Source of the DNA: Candidatus Cloacimonadales bacterium
Lineage (GTDB): Bacteria > Cloacimonadota > Cloacimonadia > Cloacimonadales > JAIOQZ01
Length of the DNA: 64,000 bases
Direction: 5' to 3'
Assembly (NCBI GenBank): GCA_963665815.1
Contig: OY762463.1
Location: forward strand, 64,001 to 128,000
Part shown: piece after piece, positions 1 through 10,341 of the stretch
Position numbering within the stretch: the first letter of the stretch is position 1
How the letters are laid out: each line of letters begins with the position of its first letter
Translations under genes and position numbers: made by a program
The notes under the pieces: generated by a model
What the model was told of the DNA's origin: nothing
The model's database searches: none
Seen by the model: the letters and a program-made list of their open reading frames with translations, nothing else

Positions 1-2241
1 CCTGTAGAGCTTACCAATGCAACAGTTGTCACTGCGGATGATGGTTTTGGAAACTTTATTGTAGACGATGGAACCGGAAGTATTACAGTCTCAGGTAATT
101 GTATATCTCAAAATGATTTAACTTTTGACATCATTAATGGAATGGTCTTTACTTCCATTAAAGGCATGATTTCCTATGACTACGGTTTTTACACAATCCA
201 TCCGAGATATGAGAGTGATTTTGTTCGAGGTGACGTTCCTGTTTCTCTCAATATACAGGGGCAAAATGCTAATATAGGAGATCAGTTAACAATTGACTTC
301 CTTCTCAACACTCCTTCAGATGAACAGATTGACAGTGTCAGGATCAATATTGCATACTCATCTAACATAATCTCTTATGATTCATATAATGCACCTCAGG
401 GTTACAATGCATCTTACTCAGACAATACAGGCTCAGGGGTTATCAGAATGACACCTGGACAGCAATTGAGCGGTCAGACACAGATTTTTACTCTTTCTAT
501 GGACGCCAACAATTCCGGAGATGCAGGGTTTGCTATAACGGACTTCTTTGTTAATGGCAGTTCCAATCTGAATGTTGTTGTAGGTGATTTCGTTGTAAGA
601 ACCGATTTATTGCGTCCTGCAGACGAGCTTACACGTATTCAAAGGCCTATCCTAAGTGTTCCGCAGATTGCTCCTCAAGGATCATCATTTGACATCATTG
701 TTAAAGGTCCGATGGGAGCTGCAAACTGGGATGCACGTCTGAAATATGCCGATTACGAACTGAATCTGCTTATTGAGAACTCTCAGTTCGATGCGCTCTA
801 TGACTTATGGACATTGACGGTTCAGACTCCGGCAACAGATATTTATGCGTTGTACGATATCTCTGTAACTTGCGATCAGATTGAAACAGATGTTGCTGAA
901 AACGCTGTTTATATGGTTCCACAATTCAGAGACAGCTATTATATAGCTCATTTTACAGATACTCACCTTCCGGGGCATACAATGTTCGGAGACGATCCGG
1001 GAGAACAGGATATGACCGAAGTTGAAGATTTGAGAGCGATTATCAATGACTTGAACGTAATCAGACCTGAGTTCATCCTTTTCACAGGTGATGTTGTGAA
1101 TGAGGGAGAGCTTGAAGAATTGAACGACAGGCGTTACTATACAATTGCCAAGAACCTGCTTACGGAACTTGATGTACCTGTATTTTTAGTGACAGGTAAT
1201 CATGACGTCGGTGGCTGGCAGCAGACTTCACCTCCTCCAGGAACAGCACGAGATAACTGGTTCAGATTCTTTGGCTGGTCATATCTGTCAGATTATGATA
1301 CGGAACCAAATACTCAGAACTACTATTTTAACTATGGCAATACTCTGTTCATAGGAATGGATGCCTATGATAATTACGATGATTACAGACTTGATCTGTT
1401 TGGAAGCACAAGTTTTACATCCTGGCAGCTAAACTGGATGAGGAATCTTGTTCAGAGTAACCCGAATATGGAAAAGGTTGCATTCTATCACTACGATTTT
1501 AACGATGATATATCCTTAACTGCTGAGAATCTTGATATGGCTCTCTGGGGGCATATACACTCGAATTCCGGAAGCATTGGCAGTTATCCTTACGATCTTG
1601 CAACAGAGTCTGTCTGTGACAATAACAGGGCTTTCAGAATCGTCAAGTTTGACAACGGCACTATCACGCCTCTTCAGACAATGTATGCCGGAGGAAACGG
1701 CGACAACTTTACTGTTGCTTACAGCGCTCCCAATAACGGGACTCAATCACAGAACACTGCAACGATTTACAACGGCTATAACACGAACTTCGAGCATGGA
1801 CTGGTAAAGTTTCATGTGAATTCCGGTTACAACTATATCTCAGATAATGGTTCGATTGTATACCAGATGAATGTTGATGGTCACAAAGAGGTTGCTGTCA
1901 GACTTAACATTCCGGCTAACGGCTCAACAACAGTATCTGTCAGTGCTACAACTGCAGTTACTGAGGATCAAGTTAACGATTTTCAGCTTCAGGCTGCAGT
2001 ATATCCTAATCCATTTAACCCAAAGACTAATGTAGTTTTCTCACTCAAACGGAAAGAGCATGTAAAAATTGATATGTACAACCTTAAGGGACAGAATGCT
2101 ATGACCATAGCAGACAGAGAGTTTGATAGTGGTATTCATGAAATTAGTGTTAATGCAGATGAGCTTGCTTCCGGTATATATTTTATCAGAATCAGATCTG
2201 AACATAACTCTGTAATAAAGAAGTGTGTACTGCTGAAGTAG
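1..2241 (+). CDS. Secreted metallophosphoesterase with cohesin-like domain and C-terminal T9SS/FlgD-type sorting domain (5'-partial; frame open from base 1)
   Basis: Calcineurin-like motifs DTH, GDVV, GNHD, GHIH; C-terminal YPNPFNP...SGIYFIRI; no stop in frame 1 upstream of 142. Confidence 0.8.
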   Translation, partial: PVELTNATVVTADDGFGNFIVDDGTGSITVSGNCISQNDLTFDIINGMVFTSIKGMISYDYGFYTIHPRYESDFVRGDVPVSLNIQGQNANIGDQLTIDFLLNTPSDEQIDSVRINIAYSSNIISYDSYNAPQGYNASYSDNTGSGVIRMTPGQQLSGQTQIFTLSMDANNSGDAGFAITDFFVNGSSNLNVVVGDFVVRTDLLRPADELTRIQRPILSVPQIAPQGSSFDIIVKGPMGAANWDARLKYADYELNLLIENSQFDALYDLWTLTVQTPATDIYALYDISVTCDQIETDVAENAVYMVPQFRDSYYIAHFTDTHLPGHTMFGDDPGEQDMTEVEDLRAIINDLNVIRPEFILFTGDVVNEGELEELNDRRYYTIAKNLLTELDVPVFLVTGNHDVGGWQQTSPPPGTARDNWFRFFGWSYLSDYDTEPNTQNYYFNYGNTLFIGMDAYDNYDDYRLDLFGSTSFTSWQLNWMRNLVQSNPNMEKVAFYHYDFNDDISLTAENLDMALWGHIHSNSGSIGSYPYDLATESVCDNNRAFRIVKFDNGTITPLQTMYAGGNGDNFTVAYSAPNNGTQSQNTATIYNGYNTNFEHGLVKFHVNSGYNYISDNGSIVYQMNVDGHKEVAVRLNIPANGSTTVSVSATTAVTEDQVNDFQLQAAVYPNPFNPKTNVVFSLKRKEHVKIDMYNLKGQNAMTIADREFDSGIHEISVNADELASGIYFIRIRSEHNSVIKKCVLLK

Positions 2242-2459
2242 TGTATACATATAAACTATTTATAACGGGAGGACAACCCAATTTACGGTGGTTTTCTCAT
2301 TATTAATTTTATAGCTTCGTTTATGCTCAGTGAAAATGAATAAATATTTATTTACAAGAAATTCTGAGTTATCGATGTCAGATTCTCCATCACAAGATAA
2401 TAAATATTTGGCATTTGTTGTATAGAAGATATGTTTTTACTAAATAAAAAGGAATTAAG

Positions 2460-4121
2460 ATGCAGTCCCAAAAGCTGAATAGCCTATATAAAAAGCTTGA
2501 AAAAGCGAAAGATTTTGAAAAGCAGGTGCAACTTAAGCATGAAATTGTAGAAATGCTTGAGAAGCAGTCATTAGATGATGCTCTTTTGTTTATAAATGAG
2601 TTCATTGAAGAACTGGACGAGCATGAAAGAGTTAATGATATCGATACATGCCTGGTGCGTAAAGCAAGCATTGTCCGTAAACTTGGTAATCCCGTTGAAG
2701 CGCGGAGTATTTATTTTGGTTTGTTGAAGGGAACTGAAAACCTCAGTATAAAAGCAAGAACCTATATGGGGTTTGCTGTGCTATATTATTCTTCCGGTGA
2801 CAGGTCCAGGACTCTTAAATACATTAATAAGGCAATAGAACTTGCTGAGAAAATAGATGACAGACTTACTTATGCCAAAGCTCTTAATGTTAAAGGAGCT
2901 GCCTGTATTACAGCTAACAAGAATCTCATGGCATATGATATTTTCTCTCGTGCAAAGAATGAGTTTTTGAAGCTGAATGAACTCTATCAGGCTGCCAATG
3001 CAGATGTCTGGCTAGCTTCTGCTTTAACGGAAATAGGTGATTATAACAGATCAATAGAGCACCTGACCAGTGCACTTGAGTGTTTTGAGAAACACGAAGT
3101 TCTGACCGGGATTGCTGACACATGCAACAGCCTTGGATTGAACTGTCTGCGTATAGATCAGTTTGAGCAGGCTAAAAATTTTCTTTTGAGAGCAATGGAA
3201 TACTATGTACACCATAAAGCTAAGGATAAACTGGCTGATATAGAGAGTAATCTGGGGTTGCTGTATAAGAAGCTTAAACGCTATCCCATGGCTCTTAAAC
3301 ATTACCATAAATCGCTTGAATACAGACCGGAAAACAGCTTTTACAAACGCATGTATACTCTCAGTAATATCTGCAGTCTGTATGTGGATATTGAAGACTT
3401 TGAGAATGCCGGGAAGTATCTGCAGTTGACACTGGATATTCATAATGATCTGAATTTGAAGGATCCGTTTATAAGCACTTATAATTTGGCACTGAGACTG
3501 GCAATGGTTACAGGTGATGATGGGAAGTTCAAGTTTTATGAGGGTAAAATTGCCGGATATGAAAGCTCAATGACTCTTGTTACTAAAGAAGCGTTCTTCA
3601 GTGTTTGCTCGAAATACTATGAGTCGAAGAATGACTACAATAAGACTATATACTATCTGAAGAAATTCATTGATTTGCAATACGATATACGAAATGAGAA
3701 CAGGGAATTGTATGAAACACTATTGTCTAACAGACTGGAAATTATAAAGTATACGGCTAATCTGGAAAAAGAAGAAAAAGAGAACGTAAAATTGCGTGAA
3801 CTGAATCAGGATTTACAGAAAGTAAACACCAAGCTGCTTGCTGCTCAGAAAGAGATTATAGAGCTGGAACGAAAAAACTCCGTGCTTGCCATGGGAATAA
3901 CCATTAACCATGAGATACGCCAGCCCTTAATGGCTCTCTACGGATATATTGAGATGTTGGACATGAATATTGAGAACAAAACGGAAGCCCAGCGACGCTT
4001 CTTTGAAAAGATCTATAAAAACAAAGAACAGATAGACGTCCTGCTGAGTAAATACCGCGATAACAACAAATATACCTTCGACGAGTATGTTGACGATATT
4101 ACGATGATCCAGTTTGAGTAG
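2460..4121 (+). CDS. TPR-repeat protein with coiled coil and HisKA dimerisation/phospho-acceptor domain (no HATPase domain)
   Basis: Multiple TPR-like helices (e.g. ADIESNLGLLY..ALKHYHKSLE); H-box INHEIRQPL near the C-terminus. Confidence 0.75.
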   Translation: MQSQKLNSLYKKLEKAKDFEKQVQLKHEIVEMLEKQSLDDALLFINEFIEELDEHERVNDIDTCLVRKASIVRKLGNPVEARSIYFGLLKGTENLSIKARTYMGFAVLYYSSGDRSRTLKYINKAIELAEKIDDRLTYAKALNVKGAACITANKNLMAYDIFSRAKNEFLKLNELYQAANADVWLASALTEIGDYNRSIEHLTSALECFEKHEVLTGIADTCNSLGLNCLRIDQFEQAKNFLLRAMEYYVHHKAKDKLADIESNLGLLYKKLKRYPMALKHYHKSLEYRPENSFYKRMYTLSNICSLYVDIEDFENAGKYLQLTLDIHNDLNLKDPFISTYNLALRLAMVTGDDGKFKFYEGKIAGYESSMTLVTKEAFFSVCSKYYESKNDYNKTIYYLKKFIDLQYDIRNENRELYETLLSNRLEIIKYTANLEKEEKENVKLRELNQDLQKVNTKLLAAQKEIIELERKNSVLAMGITINHEIRQPLMALYGYIEMLDMNIENKTEAQRRFFEKIYKNKEQIDVLLSKYRDNNKYTFDEYVDDITMIQFE

Positions 4122-4124
4122 ATA

Positions 4125-5083
4125 AATGTAATTGATCAATGTCTGTCCGCAATTCACAACCATTCTTCATCATCAATTTTAACACTGCGAATGTAATTGA
4201 TCAATGTCTGTCCGCAATTCACAACAATACGATAAAAGCTTATGTTCGACATCTTAATGTAATTGATCAATGTCTGTCCGCAATTCACAACGTGGTCGCT
4301 TACGGGATCACAAAGAGTGTCAATGTAATTGATCAATGTCTGTCCGCAATTCACAACTAACCAGACATGGTTTCAATTGGACAACTTAATGTAATTGATC
4401 AATGTCTGTCCGCAATTCACAACAATCTTGCCAGTGCAGAGCTTCTGTCACCTAATGTAATTGATCAATGTCTGTCCGCAATTCACAACAGAATGGTGTA
4501 TCAGAGTTGCCAGGAATGAAATGTAATTGATCAATGTCTGTCCGCAATTCACAACATGATCGGTTGGTTTTCAATAGCTATTCCAAATGTAATTGATCAA
4601 TGTCTGTCCGCAATTCACAACACTCTTTTTGGTACCTTTCGCCATTTTTTAAATGTAATTGATCAATGTCTGTCCGCAATTCACAACATTATAATGTTTT
4701 CTATGATAAATTCTTAAAATGTAATTGATCAATGTCTGTCCGCAATTCACAACAATAACATCAGCAGTGAATTCCTGAGGATAATGTAATTGATCAATGT
4801 CTGTCCGCAATTCACAACATAATGGCTTATATTCAGCACCATATTCAAAATGTAATTGATCAATGTCTGTCCGCAATTCACAACAAAATTATCCAAATTT
4901 ATTATACTCTTTCAAATGTAATTGATCAATGTCTGTCCGCAATTCACAACTAAATACCATCAATTGAATCTATACCTTCTTAATGTAATTGATCAATGTC
5001 TGTCCGCAATTCACAACAATAAAACTATTCGAGTTGGTGATAAGGGTAATGTAATTGATCAATGTCTGTCCGCAATTCACAAC
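4125..5083 (-). CRISPR. CRISPR array: 15 identical 36-bp repeats (minus strand GTTGTGAATTGCGGACAGACATTGATCAATTACATT) and 14 spacers of 29-31 bp
   Basis: Repeats start at 4125, 4190, 4256, 4322, 4388, 4454, 4520, 4586, 4652, 4718, 4783, 4849, 4915, 4982, 5048; orientation inferred from the GTTG 5' end and from pairing with the anti-repeat at 9404. Confidence 0.98.
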
Positions 5084-5148
5084 TATGCGATTTTAACTAT
5101 CTGTCAAGTAATAAATTATCTGCTTACAAAAGTAAAAAAATATTGGTG

Positions 5149-5523
5149 TTAAAGATCAATATCTTCCGATAATTCTTGTTGTTTCTCAATTTTCTCAAAT
5201 ATTGTGAGCTGTTCAGGTACGGAATCAGGCAGTTTTCTGAGTTTACCAAAATAAACTTCCATTCTTCCGAACTGTTTGTCAGTAAAAGTCAGTATTCTTA
5301 CTTCTCCATCCGGAGGTAAAGCTGCTTTCACTCTTTTTCTATGAACAGCAGCATTTTCCTCACTGGGGCAATGACGAGTCATTACGGAAAACTGCATCTT
5401 TGTGAATCCATCTTCTAACAACGTTTTACGGAATTTAACATAATTTTTTCTTGCTTTGGGTGTATCCATAGGAAGATCAAACATTACAAGGAGCCACATA
5501 GTACGAAAACCTCCAAAAATCAT
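5149..5523 (-). CDS. cas2: CRISPR-associated endonuclease Cas2
   Basis: MWLLVMFDLP...FRKTLLEDGF..MQFSV; adjacent to the array; overlaps the cas1 stop. Confidence 0.95.
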   Translation of the reverse strand: MIFGGFRTMWLLVMFDLPMDTPKARKNYVKFRKTLLEDGFTKMQFSVMTRHCPSEENAAVHRKRVKAALPPDGEVRILTFTDKQFGRMEVYFGKLRKLPDSVPEQLTIFEKIEKQQELSEDIDL

Positions 5524-6404
5524 AATATCAGTTCAGGGATCAGAATTTCTTTTTGATTCTTCATCATTACTTGTTTCACAGAGTTTACAAATCGTTCTAA
5601 TGCGGTGAACATCGGGTAACTTTCTCCCGAGATATTCAAATGCATATTTAATGCTGACAGAAGATAGTGTTTGCATTCTCTGTTTAGCTCTTCAGTGACA
5701 TTATTTCTATAGTTCAGTTCGAACACAAAATTATCAATTAGTGGACGAAAAGGTTCCATTAAATCATTTGCAAGACAAAATGAATCATATTGATTATGAT
5801 GATGTACTCCGAGAGACGGGTGTAAACCTGTGCCAACAATTGCCCTTGCTGTAACTGCTCTGATTACTGCATAACCATAGTTTAAACAGGCATTAATTCC
5901 ACCTTTTTCAAAATCTCTGACAAACTTTTTCCCAAAGAGTTCCTTCCAGTATATTGCTGCAGCTCTTGCTTCGCAATTCTCTGAATCACCTGTTTTTACC
6001 CGGGTTCGGATTGCTTTAAGCAGTTTACTATTCTTATCTCTCTTTTCCAGAATAGCGATCTGGGAAGAAATTTTTGCCTTAATTACTTGTTTCCATATAC
6101 GATTTTTCAATTGAGAATTCATATTTGCCTGCAAAAGCAAAACTTTTGAATGTAATGAGTTGCCAGTTAATGGCATAAGCACACTTACCGGAAGTTTTCT
6201 GGGATCACATACAATAACAGCGATGTTATTAGCAGAACAGGACGAAAGCAGATAATTTGTCACAGTGATCTGAGAATCAGCAAGCATTATCACAGCAATA
6301 TCTTCAAGGGGTACAGTACTGGTATCAATGTCGGTTCTTATAACTAACTGCTTATGTTTAACACTGAGTTTTGCATTAAGATTTATCTCAACTATTCTTT
6401 CCAT
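5520..6404 (-). CDS. cas1: Type II CRISPR-associated endonuclease Cas1
   Basis: EARAAAIYW, INACLNYGYAVIRA, LANDLMEPFRP motifs; start taken at MERIVEI. Confidence 0.96.
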   Translation of the reverse strand: MERIVEINLNAKLSVKHKQLVIRTDIDTSTVPLEDIAVIMLADSQITVTNYLLSSCSANNIAVIVCDPRKLPVSVLMPLTGNSLHSKVLLLQANMNSQLKNRIWKQVIKAKISSQIAILEKRDKNSKLLKAIRTRVKTGDSENCEARAAAIYWKELFGKKFVRDFEKGGINACLNYGYAVIRAVTARAIVGTGLHPSLGVHHHNQYDSFCLANDLMEPFRPLIDNFVFELNYRNNVTEELNRECKHYLLSALNMHLNISGESYPMFTALERFVNSVKQVMMKNQKEILIPELIL

Positions 6405-9348
6405 CTTTAAAATCCTGTGTGTTTCCCAGCATATCAACGTATAATTTTCTACATCTTAATTTGTTGGGAGATGTTATAAACTCTTCAGCTTTATTTTCCA
6501 ATGTTGAAGCATAATGCATTCGGAAGTAGATTCTGTTATTGTTTGGATCAAGTTTCTGTACTCTGTATATCTTGTTTACTCCTTCAACTTCAATTTCAAC
6601 CATATCATTTGCACAGAGCCACATAATGAATTCACCTTCAGGGTGGTCAAACTGAACCATTCCCTTTTTATCACATCTGATTCTTCTGGCAGCTTCAATC
6701 ATAGTGACCCATTTCCCGATTTGTTCTCCGCTAGGTAATCTTATTATCTCAACATGATGATTGTTTTGATATGCATAAAACTTGTATGCTTTACCTTTAT
6801 TATCTTTAAATGCGTGCAAGGAACTCGTTGTCCTGACTTCAGCAATTCTCACACTATTTATTGGTGTTTTCCCATCTTTATGTAATAGTTCAATTAAATC
6901 TTTTTCTTCTTTTGAAGCTTTATTCACTTTCTCAACATATTTTATTACAAGCTGTTTAACTGCATTATCACAAATTTTGCTGATTTTCGAAGAGCTTTTA
7001 AGGAAATCTGAAACAGGCACTTTACGGGAAAAATATGCTTTCCCTTTAGATTTCTGTGCGTGATAACCATAAGCAGTATCATGGTGTAACGATCCAATAA
7101 TTCCCCTCGTTGGTTGGTGGGATATTACAGCTTTGCTTATTATTTCTTCTGCTTCCTTGTAGAATCCATTCCATGGTTCAGGAATATTGATCAATCTGCT
7201 GTTAAAGAAGATTCCCTTTTCCATATTACTCGAGAGTTTAGACATTTTCTGTAACATGCTTTGAGTTGTACAGGCAATAACAAGAGCATCAATACAATGA
7301 TGTCTGTGGTCTTTCCTGTTCTTTTCATTCACATCATTTATGATCAGATTCAATTTCCATTTTTTCCTGAGAAGTGCTGTTAATTCACCTTTGCTTACTC
7401 TTGTTTTAAATCCATTTGCTTCGAAATATTTTTTCACTGTATTACATATATAACCGGTATCATTAAGTTGTCTGTTAGTGAACTTATCTTTATCAATCTC
7501 TTCCATCAAAAAGTATTTTCTTTTGCGACTGGGAAGTTTCACAATACGTCTTTTAATCTCATCCCACTTTTTAGGGTTGTTTTTGTATGCCTGAAAAGGA
7601 GTCATATTCTTCTTAACATTTCTGTTTTCATCTGCAAAGCAGAGTGTTTTATTCATATAGGAGTTATCCATTGAGATGCTCCAGGGAATAATATGTTCAA
7701 CATCAATGTCTTGAGAATATAATTGTTTAATCTCTATTGTTTTACCTGTATAAGGGCATACTTTTCCGCATTCTTCCCATAGGAGATATTTTGTGATTTG
7801 TGAATTTAGTGGACTCTCTTTCCCGAATTCTTCTTTTATCATCTTTTTTGCATGTTCTTTTTTGTCTGAGTTCTTTTTCTGGGTTTTACCGATACGCTCT
7901 TTCTGCTTTTTAGTCAGCTTCATCTCTCGGGGCATTTCAATAACAATTTCATCAATATTGCCATGATTTCTTATGATTGATTTTGTAAGCCTTATCGCTT
8001 GTCGAGCAGCCTTAGCAACAACGGGATTTCTCAGATCCTTCAGTATATGTTCAGATTCTGCAGGAGTATATTCAATTTCAGAATGCTTATAACCTGCTTT
8101 TTCACAAGCTTCGTTATATTTATAACCCTGTCTCATAAATGGAAGTAATGAGTTTATCGCTTTTCTGGAAAGATGGAGGTAGCCGGGTTGTAACTCTATC
8201 ACGAATATTTTCTCAATTATCTCAGGACTGAATTTCCAATGATTTTTCAGTCGCTTTTCCAGACTTTCCAAAGTATGTATTGTATGGAAATCTTCAACAA
8301 GTTGAGTTCTCTGCTTATCTGTAAAACTTTTCCATACTTTTGCTGACAATGCATTCGAGAAGGCTTTGTTCGTCAAATTACCTTTCAACTCTGATCTGGT
8401 TTCACTTTCAAGATTGAATTTTGCATTATCCGGGAAGCCTAATTCTTTCTTTAACTTGCTGAATTTTGATGTTTTCTGATTATCAAGGATGCGGAAAATT
8501 TTTTCTTTTTCAGTTTGATCAAGCTCTCGGGAACCGAATTTATCAGGGAAGAAGATTGTCATATTGTTAATATTCTGCCACATCATGAATTCTTGCGTTT
8601 CGAGAAAAGCTTTTGCAGCTCTTTGTCTATTCTTATGGAATATACATTTACCTATCAGGTGTTTCTTCATTCGGAGTGGTCTTTGCTCAATAATTGCTTC
8701 TTTACACTCATACATCAGCGATTTTTTTAGGATATCAGGATAATAAGAAGCCTGTTTCTCCCAGAGCAATTCGATTTCGTCAGCATACATTTTCCTTGCT
8801 GTATGAATTCTTCTTTTTACTGGTTGAAAATATAAATATTCTCCAAGTGTCTTATAATCGCTATTATCAATTTGTTGTTGGATTTCAGAAATCTCATTCA
8901 GTATCTTGCTGTTTTCTTTTGGTTTACCGTTCTTTCTATTGCTCCTGAATCCTCTTCTTTTATTTATATGACAGAGTATTCTACCTAATTGGAATAGTTC
9001 CAGCTTCTCATGTAAACCTTTATGTCTGAGAAAGTATGGATTTAATGTTGGTGCATTGCTTGTAATAAGTTCCTGAATTTCAGTATCAGAATTTGGAAGC
9101 AATCCATTATTCTTCAAAATTCCATACAATTCCTGTTTTCTGAATTTTCTTCTCTGAGTAAGTTTACGTTGACCTCTACATGTTCCTCTTCTTTTATTCG
9201 TAGGTACTTTTTTCTCTTTATCAATTGTTTCCTTAAAAATCCGGGAATCACCATTAACAAAGTTACCAATACGTTTCGATGAATCATGATTTATTAATGC
9301 CCATCCTACAGAATTTGTTCCTAAATCCAAACCCAAGATTTTTTTCAT
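6388..9348 (-). CDS. cas9: Type II-C Cas9, 986 aa
   Basis: RuvC-I GLDLGTNSVG, Arg-rich bridge helix, RRGF, RuvC-II IEMPRE, HNH DVEHIIP..N..N, RuvC-III HHCIDA; no csn2 or cas4 in the locus. Confidence 0.97.
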   Translation of the reverse strand: MKKILGLDLGTNSVGWALINHDSSKRIGNFVNGDSRIFKETIDKEKKVPTNKRRGTCRGQRKLTQRRKFRKQELYGILKNNGLLPNSDTEIQELITSNAPTLNPYFLRHKGLHEKLELFQLGRILCHINKRRGFRSNRKNGKPKENSKILNEISEIQQQIDNSDYKTLGEYLYFQPVKRRIHTARKMYADEIELLWEKQASYYPDILKKSLMYECKEAIIEQRPLRMKKHLIGKCIFHKNRQRAAKAFLETQEFMMWQNINNMTIFFPDKFGSRELDQTEKEKIFRILDNQKTSKFSKLKKELGFPDNAKFNLESETRSELKGNLTNKAFSNALSAKVWKSFTDKQRTQLVEDFHTIHTLESLEKRLKNHWKFSPEIIEKIFVIELQPGYLHLSRKAINSLLPFMRQGYKYNEACEKAGYKHSEIEYTPAESEHILKDLRNPVVAKAARQAIRLTKSIIRNHGNIDEIVIEMPREMKLTKKQKERIGKTQKKNSDKKEHAKKMIKEEFGKESPLNSQITKYLLWEECGKVCPYTGKTIEIKQLYSQDIDVEHIIPWSISMDNSYMNKTLCFADENRNVKKNMTPFQAYKNNPKKWDEIKRRIVKLPSRKRKYFLMEEIDKDKFTNRQLNDTGYICNTVKKYFEANGFKTRVSKGELTALLRKKWKLNLIINDVNEKNRKDHRHHCIDALVIACTTQSMLQKMSKLSSNMEKGIFFNSRLINIPEPWNGFYKEAEEIISKAVISHQPTRGIIGSLHHDTAYGYHAQKSKGKAYFSRKVPVSDFLKSSSKISKICDNAVKQLVIKYVEKVNKASKEEKDLIELLHKDGKTPINSVRIAEVRTTSSLHAFKDNKGKAYKFYAYQNNHHVEIIRLPSGEQIGKWVTMIEAARRIRCDKKGMVQFDHPEGEFIMWLCANDMVEIEVEGVNKIYRVQKLDPNNNRIYFRMHYASTLENKAEEFITSPNKLRCRKLYVDMLGNTQDFKDGKNS

Positions 9349-9368
9349 AGCTATCTCCTATAAAGTTC

Positions 9369-9396
9369 TTGACATATAACTAAATCTATTTAAGAT
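9369..9396 (+). promoter_or_regulatory. Sigma70-like promoter for tracrRNA (TTGACA-N16-TAAGAT)
   Basis: -35 at 9369-9374 and -10 at 9391-9396, immediately upstream of the anti-repeat. Confidence 0.6.
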
Positions 9397-9403
9397 TTAG
9401 TTA

Positions 9404-9508
9404 AATGTAATTGATCAATGTCTGCGTTGCTTTTCATAATAAGAGTTTTCGCAGGCTCTTCCCATTGGGAAACCTTTTCAGCCTCTCTAATCGGGGGCTG
9501 TTTTTTTT
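9404..9508 (+). ncRNA. tracrRNA
   Basis: 21-nt perfect anti-repeat AATGTAATTGATCAATGTCTG (9404-9424); then TTCATAAT, which can pair with crRNA GUUGUGAA; hairpins (AAGAG..CTCTT, TTCCCA/TGGGAA); terminator CAGCCTCT..GGGGGCTG-T8. Confidence 0.9.
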
Positions 9509-9638
9509 ATAGCCAAGTTTCAGACTAAATTAAGTATAATGTCAAGTCAAAAAAACATTGGACAATAAGTTAGTGAATCCTAAATAATATTTGACAAGTA
9601 AGTCCTGTTGTTCATCATCACCCCAAAGGAGCCCTACC

Positions 9639-10298
9639 ATGTACAGATTGATAATGTTTGATATAAATGGTACATTAATAAAACGCGACTCACGCACTGA
9701 CCTGCCTTTTGAGCATGCGGTAAATCAACTGCTGAACATTACCAACGCTCTGGAGGGAGTGAATACTTCCGCCCGTTCCGATAAAGATGTACTGATGGAG
9801 ATTCTCCAAAAGCACGGATTTGAGTTCTCAGAGAGCCTTTGGCAAGAGTTTCTGGTGTTGTACAGGAAGCAGTTGGAAGCCTTTAAGGATACGGATGTCT
9901 GGCGGGAGAACTCCACGGCTGTGTCATTTGTGAAGTCTTTACAGGAAAAGGGTTACCCTATGGTATTGATAACCGGGGAGCTGAGTATCGGGGCAGAATA
10001 TAAGCTCTCCAAGCTGGGGATCTGGAATTGCTTTGCCACAGGCGGATATGGGGAAGACGGTCTTAAACGCTTTGATATAGCTGAGACAGCTCTCAGAAAA
10101 GCAAAAGAGCACTACGGAACAGATTTTGAGGACATCACGATAATCGGTGATACAATTCTTGATATCAAGACTGCTAGACATCTCGGAGCAAAAGTAATAT
10201 CTATTACAACCGGGTCGAACACGAGAGACGAACTGGCAGAGCATGAGCCGGATATGATAATTGATGGATTTGAGGAAGTAGGGGATAGTTTGCAATAA
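9639..10298 (+). CDS. HAD-superfamily hydrolase (phosphoglycolate phosphatase-like)
   Basis: Motif I variant FDINGTL, ITG, IIGDTILDI; RBS AAGGAG before ATG at 9639. Confidence 0.85.
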   Translation: MYRLIMFDINGTLIKRDSRTDLPFEHAVNQLLNITNALEGVNTSARSDKDVLMEILQKHGFEFSESLWQEFLVLYRKQLEAFKDTDVWRENSTAVSFVKSLQEKGYPMVLITGELSIGAEYKLSKLGIWNCFATGGYGEDGLKRFDIAETALRKAKEHYGTDFEDITIIGDTILDIKTARHLGAKVISITTGSNTRDELAEHEPDMIIDGFEEVGDSLQ

Positions 10299-10299
10299 A

Positions 10300-10326
10300 A
10301 AAGCAGAGCTTAGAAAACTCTGCTTT
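10300..10326. terminator. Probable bidirectional intrinsic terminator
   Basis: AAAGCAGAG...CTCTGCTTT stem between convergent genes. Confidence 0.65.
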
Positions 10327-10341
10327 GTAGAAAGATATATT

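Noticed and set aside
3880-4125. TPR-HisKA gene truncated by arrival of the CRISPR locus
   Set aside because: The protein ends in a Y...TMI-type tail with a normal stop, as I recall for HisKA-only proteins; there is no direct evidence of truncation.
4161-5047. Spacers targeting the resident prophage (self-targeting)
   Set aside because: No match was noticed by eye in this window. A BLASTN-short search is needed to exclude it properly.
4139-5152. Short ORFs with NVIDQCLSAIHN / VVNCGQTLINYI repeats
   Set aside because: These are translations of the CRISPR repeats (66-bp period), not genes.
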